Shown piece after piece: positions 1 to 9,646 of a stretch of 64,000 nucleotides of DNA. Position 1 is the first letter of the stretch, and each line of letters begins with the position of its first letter. The stretch is from the NCBI GenBank assembly GCA_963851265.1, contig CAWKNZ010000007.1, forward strand, positions 576,001-640,000, written 5' to 3'. Under the pieces are notes generated by a model. The model was given only the letters and a program-made list of their open reading frames with translations. It made no database searches and had not been told where the DNA came from. Position numbers and translations under genes: made by a program. Source of the stretch: an uncultured Gemmatimonadales bacterium (GTDB lineage Bacteria; Gemmatimonadota; Gemmatimonadetes; Gemmatimonadales; Gemmatimonadaceae).

Positions 1-77
1 GTACGACGGACCAGCGTCGCGCGCTCCGCGCCCGTGCGGACGGAAGTCGTGGGCGCGTAGAGCCGAGAGACACCCAT
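1..77 (-). CDS. N-terminus of a gene running off the window; probably Bax inhibitor-1/YccA family membrane protein (partial)
   Basis: ATG at 77 preceded by GGAG RBS; reads MGVSRLYAPTTSVRTGAERATLVRRT, which resembles the 'ERxxxxRRTY' start of BI-1/YccA proteins. Confidence 0.45.
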   Translation of the reverse strand, partial: MGVSRLYAPTTSVRTGAERATLVRR

Positions 78-173
78 ACTGCGAAACTCCGGGGAAAGAG
101 GACGGAGGATGATACCCGGAGGTGCCCGCAGCGTGCCAACGCCGAACCGTCGTCGGGGTGCGCCGCGGCGGCG

Positions 174-989
174 TCAGGACGCGCGGCGCAGGTCGACGCT
201 CCCGTTGACGGTGCGCAGGCGCACGTGGCGCGAGCCGTCGCCGATGGTCGCGCGGAGCCGGCGCGGGTCGATGCGCCCGCTCAACGTCACCGGGAACTCG
301 GTTCCGACGCGCCCGTTGACGGTCGACAGCTCGACCTCGGCCCCGAGGGACGACGGCATCTCGACGGTCACCGAGCCGTTAGTCGTCGCGAAATCGAGGT
401 CGTGCGCGCTCCCGGCGTCCGACATCCGCGCCCACACCGAACCGTTCACGGTACGCGCGCTCACCGGACCGCCGTCGGTCTCCGCGCGCACGCTGCCGTT
501 CACGGTGTTCGCGACCACCTCGGCGGTCGCGCCGCGCACGTCGAGGCCGCCGTTCACGGTCGCGACGTCGAGCTTGACGCCCGTGGGCACGCGCACGGTG
601 AACGCCGCGCTGACCCAGCCCTGCCGGTTGCCCTCCCACCCGTTCGAGTTCCGTTCGTTGTGGTAGCCGCGCTCGTCGCAGGTGGACTGCGCGTTCCAGA
701 GCGCGCAGAGCACCATCCCCTGGCCGTCGTCGGCCTTCTGCACGACGAACCGCACCTGCCGCGGGTCGGCGTCGCCGTGCGTGACCCGGTCGGCGGTGAC
801 GAGCACCTGGTCGCCCGACGTCGACTCGACGCGGATGGGGCCGTTGAGGTTCCTGACGTAGAGCCAGCGTCCGGCGGGCACGCGACCCTGCCACGAGAAC
901 GCGTTGTGTTCGACGCGGTCGGCGCCGTCGTACTGCGCGGAAGCGAGCGCGGGGAGCGACACCGCGGCGAGGGCGAAAACGAGGCGCAC
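174..989 (-). CDS. DUF4097 family beta-strand repeat protein, secreted
   Basis: Signal peptide (ALASA-Q); repeated TVNGSV/TVNGGL/TTNGSV motifs. Confidence 0.85.
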   Translation of the reverse strand: MRLVFALAAVSLPALASAQYDGADRVEHNAFSWQGRVPAGRWLYVRNLNGPIRVESTSGDQVLVTADRVTHGDADPRQVRFVVQKADDGQGMVLCALWNAQSTCDERGYHNERNSNGWEGNRQGWVSAAFTVRVPTGVKLDVATVNGGLDVRGATAEVVANTVNGSVRAETDGGPVSARTVNGSVWARMSDAGSAHDLDFATTNGSVTVEMPSSLGAEVELSTVNGRVGTEFPVTLSGRIDPRRLRATIGDGSRHVRLRTVNGSVDLRRAS

Positions 990-998
990 GAGAGGGGC

Positions 999-2246
999 TC
1001 AGTTCCGGGGGGTGGTCGCGCGGGCGATGACGATCGTGCCGCTGAAGCTCTGCGCGGTGATCCGCGCGCCGCCGCCGCCGATGGTGAACTCCATCCGGCG
1101 CGCGCTGCGCAGAGGGGAGCCGTCGCCGCCGCGCGCGCTCGGTTGCATGGTGAGCGGGATGCTGGTGTCGATGGACCCGCTGAACGTCTGCAGGCTGAGT
1201 GCGGCCCCGGCGTCGGGCGGCAGCACGAGCCGCACCTCGCCCGACTGTGTGCCGAGGTCGTAGCGCCCGTCGCGAGCGAAGGTCCCGTCGTACGCGATGT
1301 CGCCGCTGGTGGTCTGGGCGCGGAGGCGGCCGAGCTGCCCGGCGCGCACCTCCACGTTCCCACTCACGCTTCCGACGTCGGCCTCGCCGCGCACGTTCGC
1401 GATGCGCACGTCGCCCGACACGCTGCGCGCCCGGACCTCGCCATCGAGGCTCTGGCCGTGCACGGAGCCGCTCACGCTGGTCACCGAGACGCGCCGCGTC
1501 GCGTCCTGGACGTCGACGTCACCGCTCACCGTCTCGGCGTCGAGCTCGCCGTGGACGCCGCGCACGCGCACGTCGCCGGACACCGAGTTCGCGATCACGC
1601 GCGTGCCGACGGGCACGACGACGTCGAGCTGCTGGTCGCCGCTCGAGCGGTTGCGTCCGCGGACGGTGTAGACGCGCACGCTGCCGCCGTTGGGCCCGTC
1701 GCTCCGCTCGAACCGGAAGGGCAGTCGATCGCTCCGACCCCGCACGCGCACCTCGGCCCGGTCCCACGCGGTGACCGTGACGGGCCCGCTGACGAGCGAG
1801 AGATCGACCGCGCCGCCGCGGGTGAAGCTGACGGTGGTGTCGAGCCGCGTCGGGCCGTGCAGGTCGCGTGGGTCGGGCTCGTAGTCACGCCCGAAGTCGA
1901 GGTTGCGGAGCTCGACCGCCGCGCGCCGCATGCCTTCCGCGGCTCCGCGGACGCCCGCGGCCGCGGCCTCACCGACCGCGCGGCCGAGGTCGTGGAACGC
2001 CGAAGAGTCGGGGTCGGGTGCGTCGGTGTCGCACCCGCCACCGCATGCGGCTCTCAGCCGCGCGATCTGCGACCGTAGCGAGTCGCGCCGCGACTGCGCA
2101 CGGCGCCGCGCCTGCGCGCGGGTCGAGTCGTCGGACGGGGTGGTGTCGAGCACGGCAGCTGCGACGGGACCCGCTACGCGCGACGGGCCGGGCGCGGGCG
2201 GGCGGGCGACGGTCGTGATCGCGACGACGAGAAGGGGGAGGGACAT
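999..2246 (-). CDS. DUF4097 family beta-strand repeat protein
   Basis: Repeated SVSGDV/TVSGDV/SFSGTI motifs; same operon as the neighbouring DUF4097 gene. Confidence 0.85.
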   Translation of the reverse strand: MSLPLLVVAITTVARPPAPGPSRVAGPVAAAVLDTTPSDDSTRAQARRRAQSRRDSLRSQIARLRAACGGGCDTDAPDPDSSAFHDLGRAVGEAAAAGVRGAAEGMRRAAVELRNLDFGRDYEPDPRDLHGPTRLDTTVSFTRGGAVDLSLVSGPVTVTAWDRAEVRVRGRSDRLPFRFERSDGPNGGSVRVYTVRGRNRSSGDQQLDVVVPVGTRVIANSVSGDVRVRGVHGELDAETVSGDVDVQDATRRVSVTSVSGSVHGQSLDGEVRARSVSGDVRIANVRGEADVGSVSGNVEVRAGQLGRLRAQTTSGDIAYDGTFARDGRYDLGTQSGEVRLVLPPDAGAALSLQTFSGSIDTSIPLTMQPSARGGDGSPLRSARRMEFTIGGGGARITAQSFSGTIVIARATTPRN

Positions 2247-2249
2247 GGG

Positions 2250-3080
2250 TCAGGTGTGCGACAGGAGTGCGGCGGTTCGAAGCAGCTCGACCTTCTGCCC
2301 CAGCGCGCGCGTGAGCTGCTCGCCGAGGAACGGGCTGCGTGGGTCGTGGGCGAGGGCGGCCCGACTCGCCGCGATGGCCGCGTCGATGATGCGGAGGTTG
2401 CGCGTGAGGACGTCGACGGTCGCGGAATCCAGCTCGCCGCGCCGGTCGCTGACGACGACGCGGAGGTCGGCGATCTCGCGGTCGTAGTCGACGGCGCCGG
2501 GGACGCCGCGATCGACGGGGCCGGCGGACCAACGAGCAGCCGAGCGTGCCTCGGTGCGCGCCTCGCCGCGGTCGGCGGCTCGCTCGCGCGGCTCGGGGCG
2601 GGACGGGACGGCCTCGGTCGATCCCGGCTCGTCGGGTGCGCGCTGCGTGTCGCGTCGGGCGGCCGCGACGGTCACCGACGGCACGGCGAACGCCGACCCC
2701 GCGACGGCGTTCGGCTCGGCTGCCGGTCGCCGGAGGGCGAGGTAGGTCGCGCCGGAACTCACGGCCATGAGCGTGACAGCGGCGGCGGCGAGCCACGGCG
2801 CGCGCTCGGAGCGGGCGACGCGCGGGACACGGAACGGCAGCACGCGCGCGCCGGCCAGCTCGGGGCCGGCGGGCGCGCGCGGAACCGGGTCGAGGTGCGC
2901 GGCGCGTGCGGACGCCGGGGCGGCGTCGAGCCGCGCGGCGATTTCGGGCCAGAGGTCGCGCGAAGGGCGCAACGTGGGGAGGGACCCCGCACGCGCGACG
3001 AGGGTGCGGAGCGTCTCGTCTTGCGGGTCGTCGGGCGAGCCGTCGTCCGGGACGTGGTCGTGGTGTGTCGGGTGCGTCAT
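2250..3080 (-). CDS. Putative single-pass anti-sigma factor
   Basis: ATG overlaps the ECF sigma stop (ATGA at 3077-3080); 'PSRDLWPEIAARL' motif, one TM segment (WLAAAAVTLMAVSSGATYL), helical C-terminus. Confidence 0.7.
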   Translation of the reverse strand: MTHPTHHDHVPDDGSPDDPQDETLRTLVARAGSLPTLRPSRDLWPEIAARLDAAPASARAAHLDPVPRAPAGPELAGARVLPFRVPRVARSERAPWLAAAAVTLMAVSSGATYLALRRPAAEPNAVAGSAFAVPSVTVAAARRDTQRAPDEPGSTEAVPSRPEPRERAADRGEARTEARSAARWSAGPVDRGVPGAVDYDREIADLRVVVSDRRGELDSATVDVLTRNLRIIDAAIAASRAALAHDPRSPFLGEQLTRALGQKVELLRTAALLSHT

Positions 3081-3637
3081 GCTTGCAGGACCTCGCGGAG
3101 GAGGACGCGCGCGCGGTGCAGTTGAGCCTTGCTGCCGCCGGCGGTGATGCCGAGGAGCGTGCCGATCTCCTCGTGCTTGTAGCCTTCGACGTCGTGGAGG
3201 ACGAACACGCGCCGGGCGCCCGGTGGCAGCTGCGCGATCGCGTACTCGAGGTCCATGCGGTCGCCGGGCGCGACGGCGCGCGCCGGGATGCGGGCTCCGA
3301 CGTCGTCGTCCTCGTCGCTGGCGAGGTGCCGGCGGCGCCGGCCGTCGGCCTCGCGCCGGTTGAGGACGACGTTGACGGTGAGGCGGTGGAGCCACGTGCT
3401 GAAACTGCTCTCGCCGCGAAAGAGCGAGAGCTTCTCCCACGCGCGAACGAACACGTCCTGCGTCAGCTCTTCGGCGAGCGCACGGTCGGCGGTCATGCGC
3501 GCACACAGCGTGAACACGCGGTCGACGTGGTCGCGGTACAGGCGCTCGAACGCCCGCCGGTCGCCGGCCGCCGCGCGCGCGGGGTCGCCGGGACCGTCGA
3601 GTGCGGTGCGGGCCGAAAGTGCGTCCAGTGCAGTCAC
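3077..3637 (-). CDS. ECF-family RNA polymerase sigma factor
   Basis: Region 2 (AFERLYRDH...AEELTQDVFVRAWEKL...FSTWLHRL) and region 4 (LPPGARRVFVLHDVEGYKHEEIG...SKAQLHRAR); GTG start chosen. Confidence 0.93.
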   Translation of the reverse strand: MTALDALSARTALDGPGDPARAAAGDRRAFERLYRDHVDRVFTLCARMTADRALAEELTQDVFVRAWEKLSLFRGESSFSTWLHRLTVNVVLNRREADGRRRRHLASDEDDDVGARIPARAVAPGDRMDLEYAIAQLPPGARRVFVLHDVEGYKHEEIGTLLGITAGGSKAQLHRARVLLREVLQA

Positions 3638-3670
3638 CGAGGGGAACGTGGCGGGAGTTCGCGCACAGGG

Positions 3671-3699
3671 TAAGACCGACTGATCGCGCGTATGGTTTG
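3671..3699 (-). promoter_or_regulatory. Possible ECF-type autoregulatory promoter (CAAACC-N16-GGTCTTA)
   Basis: AAC-containing -35 and GTC-containing -10 in the 80-bp gap upstream of the ECF gene. Confidence 0.35.
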
Positions 3700-3716
3700 G
3701 ACGTCGGGCCGCGCCG

Positions 3717-6089
3717 TCATGGCGTGAGCAGGACGAGCGCGCGGAGCGTGGCTCGCGCGGCCGTCCGATCTCCCTCGTTGCCGGACCCAGCCGCCGCGGC
3801 GAGTCGGACAGCGGCCGCCAGCCATTCGGCGTCGCTGGTCGCGCTGCGTCCGGCATCGTCTCGGGCGTCGCGCGCCACGTTCCGGAGGGCGGCCTCACGC
3901 TCGGCGCTCAGCGGTCGGGCGAGAGCGGCACGTAGGGCGCCCGCGGCGGTGGACGTGAGCGCGCGCTGGTCGGGCGCCGCGGTCTGGAGCGCACGGGTGG
4001 CGCGGGCGAGGATCGCGGCGCGCGGGTCGCGCCCGGCGTCGCGGGTACGATCGGCACTACGGACCGCGGCGCGCGACGGCGCGATCGCGCCATGCACGAG
4101 TTGGTGCCGCGCCCAGCGAGCGAGTGCGCGGCGGGCCGCTGCCACGTGGTGCGGCGACGGCGTGACCGACGCGTCCGCGCGCGCGAGGGCCGCGAGGGCG
4201 CGGCGCACCGTGTGAGGCGCGCTCGTCGGGCCGCGAGTACGCAGGGCAGCGACGAGAGTGGGCACGTGAAGCGCGCCCAGTCGTGTCGGAAGGGCGACGA
4301 CGGCGAGGTAGCCCGACGCACCGCAACGGACTGCCGCAATCACGCGCGCGTTCGACGTCGGTCGCCCTTCGCACCGCGTCGCGCTCGGCGGCTCCTGCCA
4401 CGCGCTCCAGCGTTCGAGCAGGCGGTCGCGGGCGAGTTCGGCGACGGCGGCGGTGGTGACCGACGTGAGCGTGGCGCCATGACTGGCGCGGCGACTGTAC
4501 GGCGCGACGCCGCGCTCGAGCGCGCTCGCCCCGACGGTCTGGTCGGCGGCGCGGCACTTGCCGCGGGCGTGGGCGGCCAGGCGGAGTTCGCGCGCGAGGG
4601 CGGGCGGGGGGCGGAACGCGTGCACGTAGACCGTGGCGGCGGGCGCGCCTGGGCGGACGGCGCGACCGGTGCGCTGGGCGAGGCGGGCGGGGGTCCACGG
4701 GAGGTCGAGGTGGACGACGACCGACGCGTCGCGGAGGTCGAGCCCTTCGGAGAGCACGTCGGTGGTGAGCAGCAGGTCGATGCGCTCGATGTCGGCCGGC
4801 GGCGCGCAAGCCTGGCCTAACGGGGCGAAGCGCGCGAGCACGTCGGCCCGTGACAGTCGGCCCGAGGCGATACGGCCGCCGCCGGCGGTGAGCATCGCGA
4901 CCCGGCCGTCGGGGGCGAGGGCCGCGTACAGCGCGCGGACGGTGTTGGCCGAGTGGCTGAATGCGACGATGCGCGTGCCCGGGTGGCGGGCGCGGATCGC
5001 GCGCAGGTGGGCGACTCGCTGCGCGTCTCCGGCGGCGCGCGCGAGCAGGGCCACGACGCGGCGCAGGGCGGCGACATGCGCGCCGATCTGCGCGCGGGCG
5101 ACCTCCGGTGCTGGGCCGTCCAGCGCGGCGGGGACGAGTGAGAGTTGGACGGTGGATGCGTCGGTGTCGAGGGTGCGGGTGAGCGCGTGCAGATCGGCAC
5201 GCGTCGGGTGGTGGCCCGCGTCGAGTGCGTCGCTGACGGCGAGGGCGCGCGCGAGTCGGCGGCGCACGGCCCTGCGGAGCGCGGCGTCGCTCGACGCCCA
5301 GAGCCGGACGAGCGTGTAGCGGTCGAGGTCGGGTGTCGGCGAACCGTCGGCGGGTACGACGGCAGGTGGGAGGGTGCGGAGCGCGTCGAGCACGTCTGGC
5401 GCCTCGTCGAGGTCGATCCACGACGTTGGCGCGACGATCGGGCGGTCGGCGGGCGGTTCGCCGCCCGTGCCGTCGCGTACGTCGGCGGCCGAGCGACGGA
5501 CGACGAGGCGGGCGAGGGTGGAAGCGTCGAGGGTGCGGCCGCGCGCACCGAGTGTGAGGGCGAACAGCGCGGCGAGGTCCTCGGCACGGTTGTGGACCGG
5601 CGTCGCGGTGAGGAGCAGCAATCGACCGTTGGCGACGAGTGCGGCGAGCGCCTGCCAGCGCCGGGTTCGCGGGTTGCGGAAGTGGTGCGCCTCGTCGACG
5701 ATGACGAGCGGTGGCGTAGCGGGGCCGCGCGGCGGGTCGCGGCCGAGTGCTTCCGTGGAGACGAGATCGCGGGCGAGTCCGGCGGCGTGGAGCGCGGCCG
5801 CCCAGTGGGCCCGGAGCGCGGCGGGCGCAACGATCACCGCGTCGGCCGCGTCGCGGGCGAGGGCGAGCGCGACCGCGGTCTTCCCGAGTCCGACGTCATC
5901 GGCGAGGAGGGCCACGCCGTAGTGGCCGAGGGCGTAGCGGAGGCGTGCGGCGGCGTGGCGTTGGTGCGGTCGGAGCGTGAGCGGTCCTACCTGCACGTCT
6001 GCCGCGCGTGGGGCGAGGCCGAGTGCTGCGCGGGCGAGGCGGGCGCGGATGGCTGCGGGCGGGGGTGGAGCATCGCCGGCGTGCGTCAT
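3717..6089 (-). CDS. SNF2-type superfamily 2 helicase/translocase
   Basis: Motifs LADDVGLGKT, DEAHHFRN, LLTATP, TTDVLSEGLDL, QRTGRAVR; ATG at 6089 overlaps the MTase stop (ATGA), so the 1413-aa ORF call is over-extended. Confidence 0.88.
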   Translation of the reverse strand: MTHAGDAPPPPAAIRARLARAALGLAPRAADVQVGPLTLRPHQRHAAARLRYALGHYGVALLADDVGLGKTAVALALARDAADAVIVAPAALRAHWAAALHAAGLARDLVSTEALGRDPPRGPATPPLVIVDEAHHFRNPRTRRWQALAALVANGRLLLLTATPVHNRAEDLAALFALTLGARGRTLDASTLARLVVRRSAADVRDGTGGEPPADRPIVAPTSWIDLDEAPDVLDALRTLPPAVVPADGSPTPDLDRYTLVRLWASSDAALRRAVRRRLARALAVSDALDAGHHPTRADLHALTRTLDTDASTVQLSLVPAALDGPAPEVARAQIGAHVAALRRVVALLARAAGDAQRVAHLRAIRARHPGTRIVAFSHSANTVRALYAALAPDGRVAMLTAGGGRIASGRLSRADVLARFAPLGQACAPPADIERIDLLLTTDVLSEGLDLRDASVVVHLDLPWTPARLAQRTGRAVRPGAPAATVYVHAFRPPPALARELRLAAHARGKCRAADQTVGASALERGVAPYSRRASHGATLTSVTTAAVAELARDRLLERWSAWQEPPSATRCEGRPTSNARVIAAVRCGASGYLAVVALPTRLGALHVPTLVAALRTRGPTSAPHTVRRALAALARADASVTPSPHHVAAARRALARWARHQLVHGAIAPSRAAVRSADRTRDAGRDPRAAILARATRALQTAAPDQRALTSTAAGALRAALARPLSAEREAALRNVARDARDDAGRSATSDAEWLAAAVRLAAAAGSGNEGDRTAARATLRALVLLTP

Positions 6090-9000
6090 GCGGCCGGCGA
6101 GTGGGCGTCGGTTGCGGGGCGAGTGTCGCGGCGCGGATGCGGCCGGCGCGCCCACGCCGGGGCGGCGGGTTCGGCGATGGCGGCGCGCAGTGGCCGTGGG
6201 GCGAGCGCGGGGGTGGGGATCGGCGTTGGCGCCGCGAGCCCGGCCCAGGCGACGAGCGGCGCGAGTGCGTCGGATGAAAGTCCGTACGCTGCGGCGACCA
6301 CGCGCGACAGTTCGTCGGCTGGCGCGGAGGGCGGGACGGCGGCGAGGACGGCGCGCGCGGAGGGCCAGTCTGCCGGGAGTGGGAGCGTGGCGACCGTCCA
6401 CGCGAGGAAGCGTCGGTATCGACCGCGAGCCGGTTCCGCGAGGGCGGCCAGCCACGCCGCGATCGGCGGGGAGCGGAGCAGGGTCGCGAAGGCGCGTGCG
6501 TCGTCGAGCGCGTGCACGGGGTCGCCAAAACGTGCCGAGTAGCACGTATTCAACGGGACGTGTGGGTCGCCTATGGGGAGGAGCCGGGGGTGGGGGAAGC
6601 GGGCGAGGTCCGGCCAGACCACGCGCGGCGCGTGGGGATCGGCTGCTTCGGTGCGAAAGAGGGCCCACCACGGCGTGCTGCCGCGGGCGTCGCTGCGGGC
6701 CGCGAGTGCTGTGCGCGCTGGTGCGAGCCAGCGTGCCGCGCATGGCGGGAGCGAGCGCAGCAGGCGTCCACGCGCGTCGTAGGGCCAGATGATGTGCGTT
6801 CGGGAGGCTGCGTCTACGTGGGCGAGGTATTCGCCACGGAGAACCGGGCGGAGCAGATCGCGTTCGATCGTGCCGTGTCGGCCGTTCGCTTGGACAAACG
6901 CGTCGGGGCCGTCGACGTGGTCGATCTCGACGAGGAAGGCGGCGTTGTGGCCGGACTTGACGCCGAGTGTCGGGCGGGTGAGCGAGGTCGTGGCCAGCGC
7001 GGGTCCGGCGGTGCGGAGGAGGTCGAAGGCGCGTCGGGCGGCGGCGGGGAGCAAGAGCCAGGGACTGGCCGAGTCGTCCGGGTCGAAGGGAGCGGGTAGC
7101 GAGGCGGGCATGACGGGGCGCGCGTGGGGCGCGGAGGAGTTTGCCACGGGTGTCGCGGTGCGGCGCGCGACCAAGAGCGACGGGTAGGTGACCGCGTCGA
7201 AGGCGGCTGGGGCGTCGGACCAGTCGTCGAGCGACGTGACGTCGGCGGTGCGAGCGACGAGCGCGCGAAGGCCGCCGCCGGCGAGGGTGCGCCAGAGTTT
7301 GGTGGGGAGGAGCAGTGCGACGACCCCGTCCGTGCGGGTGAGGGCGAGTGCGCGTTCGGTGAACGGAGCGGCGAGGTCGGTCTGGGCGGCGAAGCCCTGG
7401 CCGGCGCGGGCGAACGCCGCGCCGGCTCGCCACGCCGCATCGCGCGCCGAGGCGTAGTGCGTGCGCAGGGCATCGCGTGCATCGGGGGCGAGGGCGTGGG
7501 GGCGGACCCACGGTGGATTCCCGAGGACCACGTCGAAGCCACCCGCCGCGGCGGCGTCGGGAAAGTGCCACGCGAAGCCGAACGGGAGTGCGCCGCCCGC
7601 GGCGAGTGTGGCGCGCCGGCGCGCGAGCGTGCGAACGTCGGCGCGGAGCGTCTCGAGGCGGGCCGCGGTCGCGCGGTCCGGTGGCTGGCGGGCGCCGAAC
7701 AGGTCGCGGGTTCGCACTGCGGCGAGCAGATCGTGTCGCGCGTGTCGCAGGTGGGCGAGGGTGCGGTCGAACGTGGCGATCGCGTGGGCGCGTTCGAGCG
7801 CGTCGAGCCGGCGTGCCGCGGCGAGTTTGCGCGGTCCGGCAAGGGCGGCGTAGCGGGCGCGGAGGGCGGAGAACGGTGCGGAGGCCGAATCGACGTCCGC
7901 GCCTCGGGTGATCGCGATGCCTGGCGTGGAGCGCGTGCCCCAGGGTGCGCCGCCCCACGTGTGGCGGGTGAGCGACGCGAGTGCTGGCGGCACGGCGAGC
8001 GCGTCGCCGACGCGGATATTGTGGTCGAGGTTAGGGAGTGGCGGCACGCGGTACGGGTCCGACTCCTCGTGTTCGATCACCACGGACAGCCAGAGGCGCA
8101 GTTCGCACAGCCACACGGCGGTCGGGTTGATGTCGACGCCGAAGATCGAGGTGGCGCAGACCGCGCGCCGAAGCTCGGACGTCGGGCGAGGGTCGCCGGC
8201 AAGGGTGTGGAGCGTGGCGAGTCGCTCGAGGGTGTGGACGAGGAACGCGCCGGAGCCGCAGGCCGGATCGAGGACGCGGAGGCTCGTCAGGCGCGGGCGG
8301 AGGCGCGCGGCATCGGAGGGATCGATCGGCCGGCCGGCGAGGGCCTCATCGATCGCGCGGTCGATGGCATCCCGGTCGACGGCGTCGCCGGGGCGGGCGA
8401 GGGCGGCGCGGAGCGCGGCGGTTGTGGCGTGGTGGACGAGCGCGTGCGGCGTGTAGAAGGCGCCGGACGCGCGACGGTCGTCGGGGCGCATCAGACATTC
8501 GAACGCTCGACCGAGCATCTCGGGGTCGACCGCGGCCTCGGACCACGCGGTCGAGTCTTCGCGGGCGGTGAAGCGGTGGCGGCCGAGCAAGGTGACGACG
8601 AGCGCGCCGAGTGCGGCGTCGCCGAAGCGGGCGGAGCGGTGGCGTCGTTCGAGGGCGGTGGGGGCGAAGAGGCCGCCGTTGAGGAAGGGGATCCGGCCGA
8701 AGGCGCGGGCCGCGGGGGCGCGGTGGCGGCGCGGGGTGTTCAGCGTTCCGAAGAAGAGGGGGCGGAGGACGCGGTCGTGGTATCGACCGCCGGCCGTCAT
8801 GCACGCGTCGAAGCGTCTGGTGAGGAAGGCCGGATCGCCATCGAGCCAGTGTTTCGCCTGGAGAAAGGCGAGAAACAGGAGTCGCGTCGTGTAGAGCAGG
8901 GCGAGCTCTCGCGCGGGCGCCGGGTCGGTGAGGGTCGTCGAGTCGGCGAGCGCGTCGACCGTGCGTTCGAGGGCCTGGTAGAAGCGGGTGCCGAGCGCGT

Positions 9001-9511
9001 CGCGGCCCAACGCGTCGAGCCAGCCGGCGTGCGTACGGAGGTCGGCGCCGCCGGCTGCAGGCGGCGCGGCCGGATCGGCGGCGGCCGCGAGCGCGCGCAG
9101 CGTGTCGGCATCGCTGTCGAGGACGCGGCCCGGGTTGGTGGTCAGGGCGACTACGCGCGGGCCGCGCGCCGCGCGCGACCAGGCCGCGATCGCGACGGTG
9201 CCGTCGCGCGCGTCGCGGAGGATCAGGAGCCAGAGGAGTTCCGGCGACTGCCGCGCGAGGGTGGTGGCGAGCGCGCGCGCGGCGTCGCGGAGCGGGCGGT
9301 CGCCGACGTCGGCGAGGAGGGCGCGGAGCGCACCGGGGCCCGACGCGACGCGGGCGCGGGTGACGCCCGCGTCGCTGAGCCCTGCGCCGGCGCGCGTGGC
9401 GCGGGCGAGGGCGACCGGCGTGCCGTCGACACCGGCGGCGGCGGCGAGGGGGGCGAGCGCGGCGAGCGACTGCGCGCTGGCGAGGAGGCGGGCGGCGTGG
9501 GTGAGCTGCAC
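6086..9511 (-). CDS. Large gamma-class N6-adenine DNA methyltransferase (Eco57I/Type IIG-like architecture with TaqI-C-like C-terminal target-recognition region)
   Basis: AFYTP, VLDPACGSGAFL, IFGVDINP, NIRVGDAL, GFDVVLGNPPW motifs; PFLNGGLF and EMLGRAFE helical region. Confidence 0.9.
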   Translation of the reverse strand: MQLTHAARLLASAQSLAALAPLAAAAGVDGTPVALARATRAGAGLSDAGVTRARVASGPGALRALLADVGDRPLRDAARALATTLARQSPELLWLLILRDARDGTVAIAAWSRAARGPRVVALTTNPGRVLDSDADTLRALAAAADPAAPPAAGGADLRTHAGWLDALGRDALGTRFYQALERTVDALADSTTLTDPAPARELALLYTTRLLFLAFLQAKHWLDGDPAFLTRRFDACMTAGGRYHDRVLRPLFFGTLNTPRRHRAPAARAFGRIPFLNGGLFAPTALERRHRSARFGDAALGALVVTLLGRHRFTAREDSTAWSEAAVDPEMLGRAFECLMRPDDRRASGAFYTPHALVHHATTAALRAALARPGDAVDRDAIDRAIDEALAGRPIDPSDAARLRPRLTSLRVLDPACGSGAFLVHTLERLATLHTLAGDPRPTSELRRAVCATSIFGVDINPTAVWLCELRLWLSVVIEHEESDPYRVPPLPNLDHNIRVGDALAVPPALASLTRHTWGGAPWGTRSTPGIAITRGADVDSASAPFSALRARYAALAGPRKLAAARRLDALERAHAIATFDRTLAHLRHARHDLLAAVRTRDLFGARQPPDRATAARLETLRADVRTLARRRATLAAGGALPFGFAWHFPDAAAAGGFDVVLGNPPWVRPHALAPDARDALRTHYASARDAAWRAGAAFARAGQGFAAQTDLAAPFTERALALTRTDGVVALLLPTKLWRTLAGGGLRALVARTADVTSLDDWSDAPAAFDAVTYPSLLVARRTATPVANSSAPHARPVMPASLPAPFDPDDSASPWLLLPAAARRAFDLLRTAGPALATTSLTRPTLGVKSGHNAAFLVEIDHVDGPDAFVQANGRHGTIERDLLRPVLRGEYLAHVDAASRTHIIWPYDARGRLLRSLPPCAARWLAPARTALAARSDARGSTPWWALFRTEAADPHAPRVVWPDLARFPHPRLLPIGDPHVPLNTCYSARFGDPVHALDDARAFATLLRSPPIAAWLAALAEPARGRYRRFLAWTVATLPLPADWPSARAVLAAVPPSAPADELSRVVAAAYGLSSDALAPLVAWAGLAAPTPIPTPALAPRPLRAAIAEPAAPAWARRPHPRRDTRPATDAHSPAA

Positions 9512-9646
9512 GCCGCGACGGTAGGGCGCGCGCCGCGGAGCGAGGAGGGCGGAACGTTGCGCCGTGGGCCAGAATTTCGCGCGGACGTGCGGGCGGGCCC
9601 GCGGCGGTCCCGTTAGGCGCTACCGGCGGGCGTCAGCCCGCCGCCC

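Noticed and set aside
123..138. sigma54-like TGGCACGCTGCGGGCA upstream of the first partial gene
   Set aside because: The -24 element is perfect but -12 lacks TT; GG-N10-GC alone is too common at this GC content, so it was not counted
3717..7958. 1413-aa ORF read as one giant helicase
   Set aside because: The first ~620 codons are Arg/Pro-rich shadow frame over the MTase; the real start is the ATG at 6089 coupled to the MTase stop
3717..9511. Complete DISARM or BREX system
   Set aside because: No DrmA/B/C, PglZ, BrxC or similar genes lie nearby; only the MTase and helicase are present
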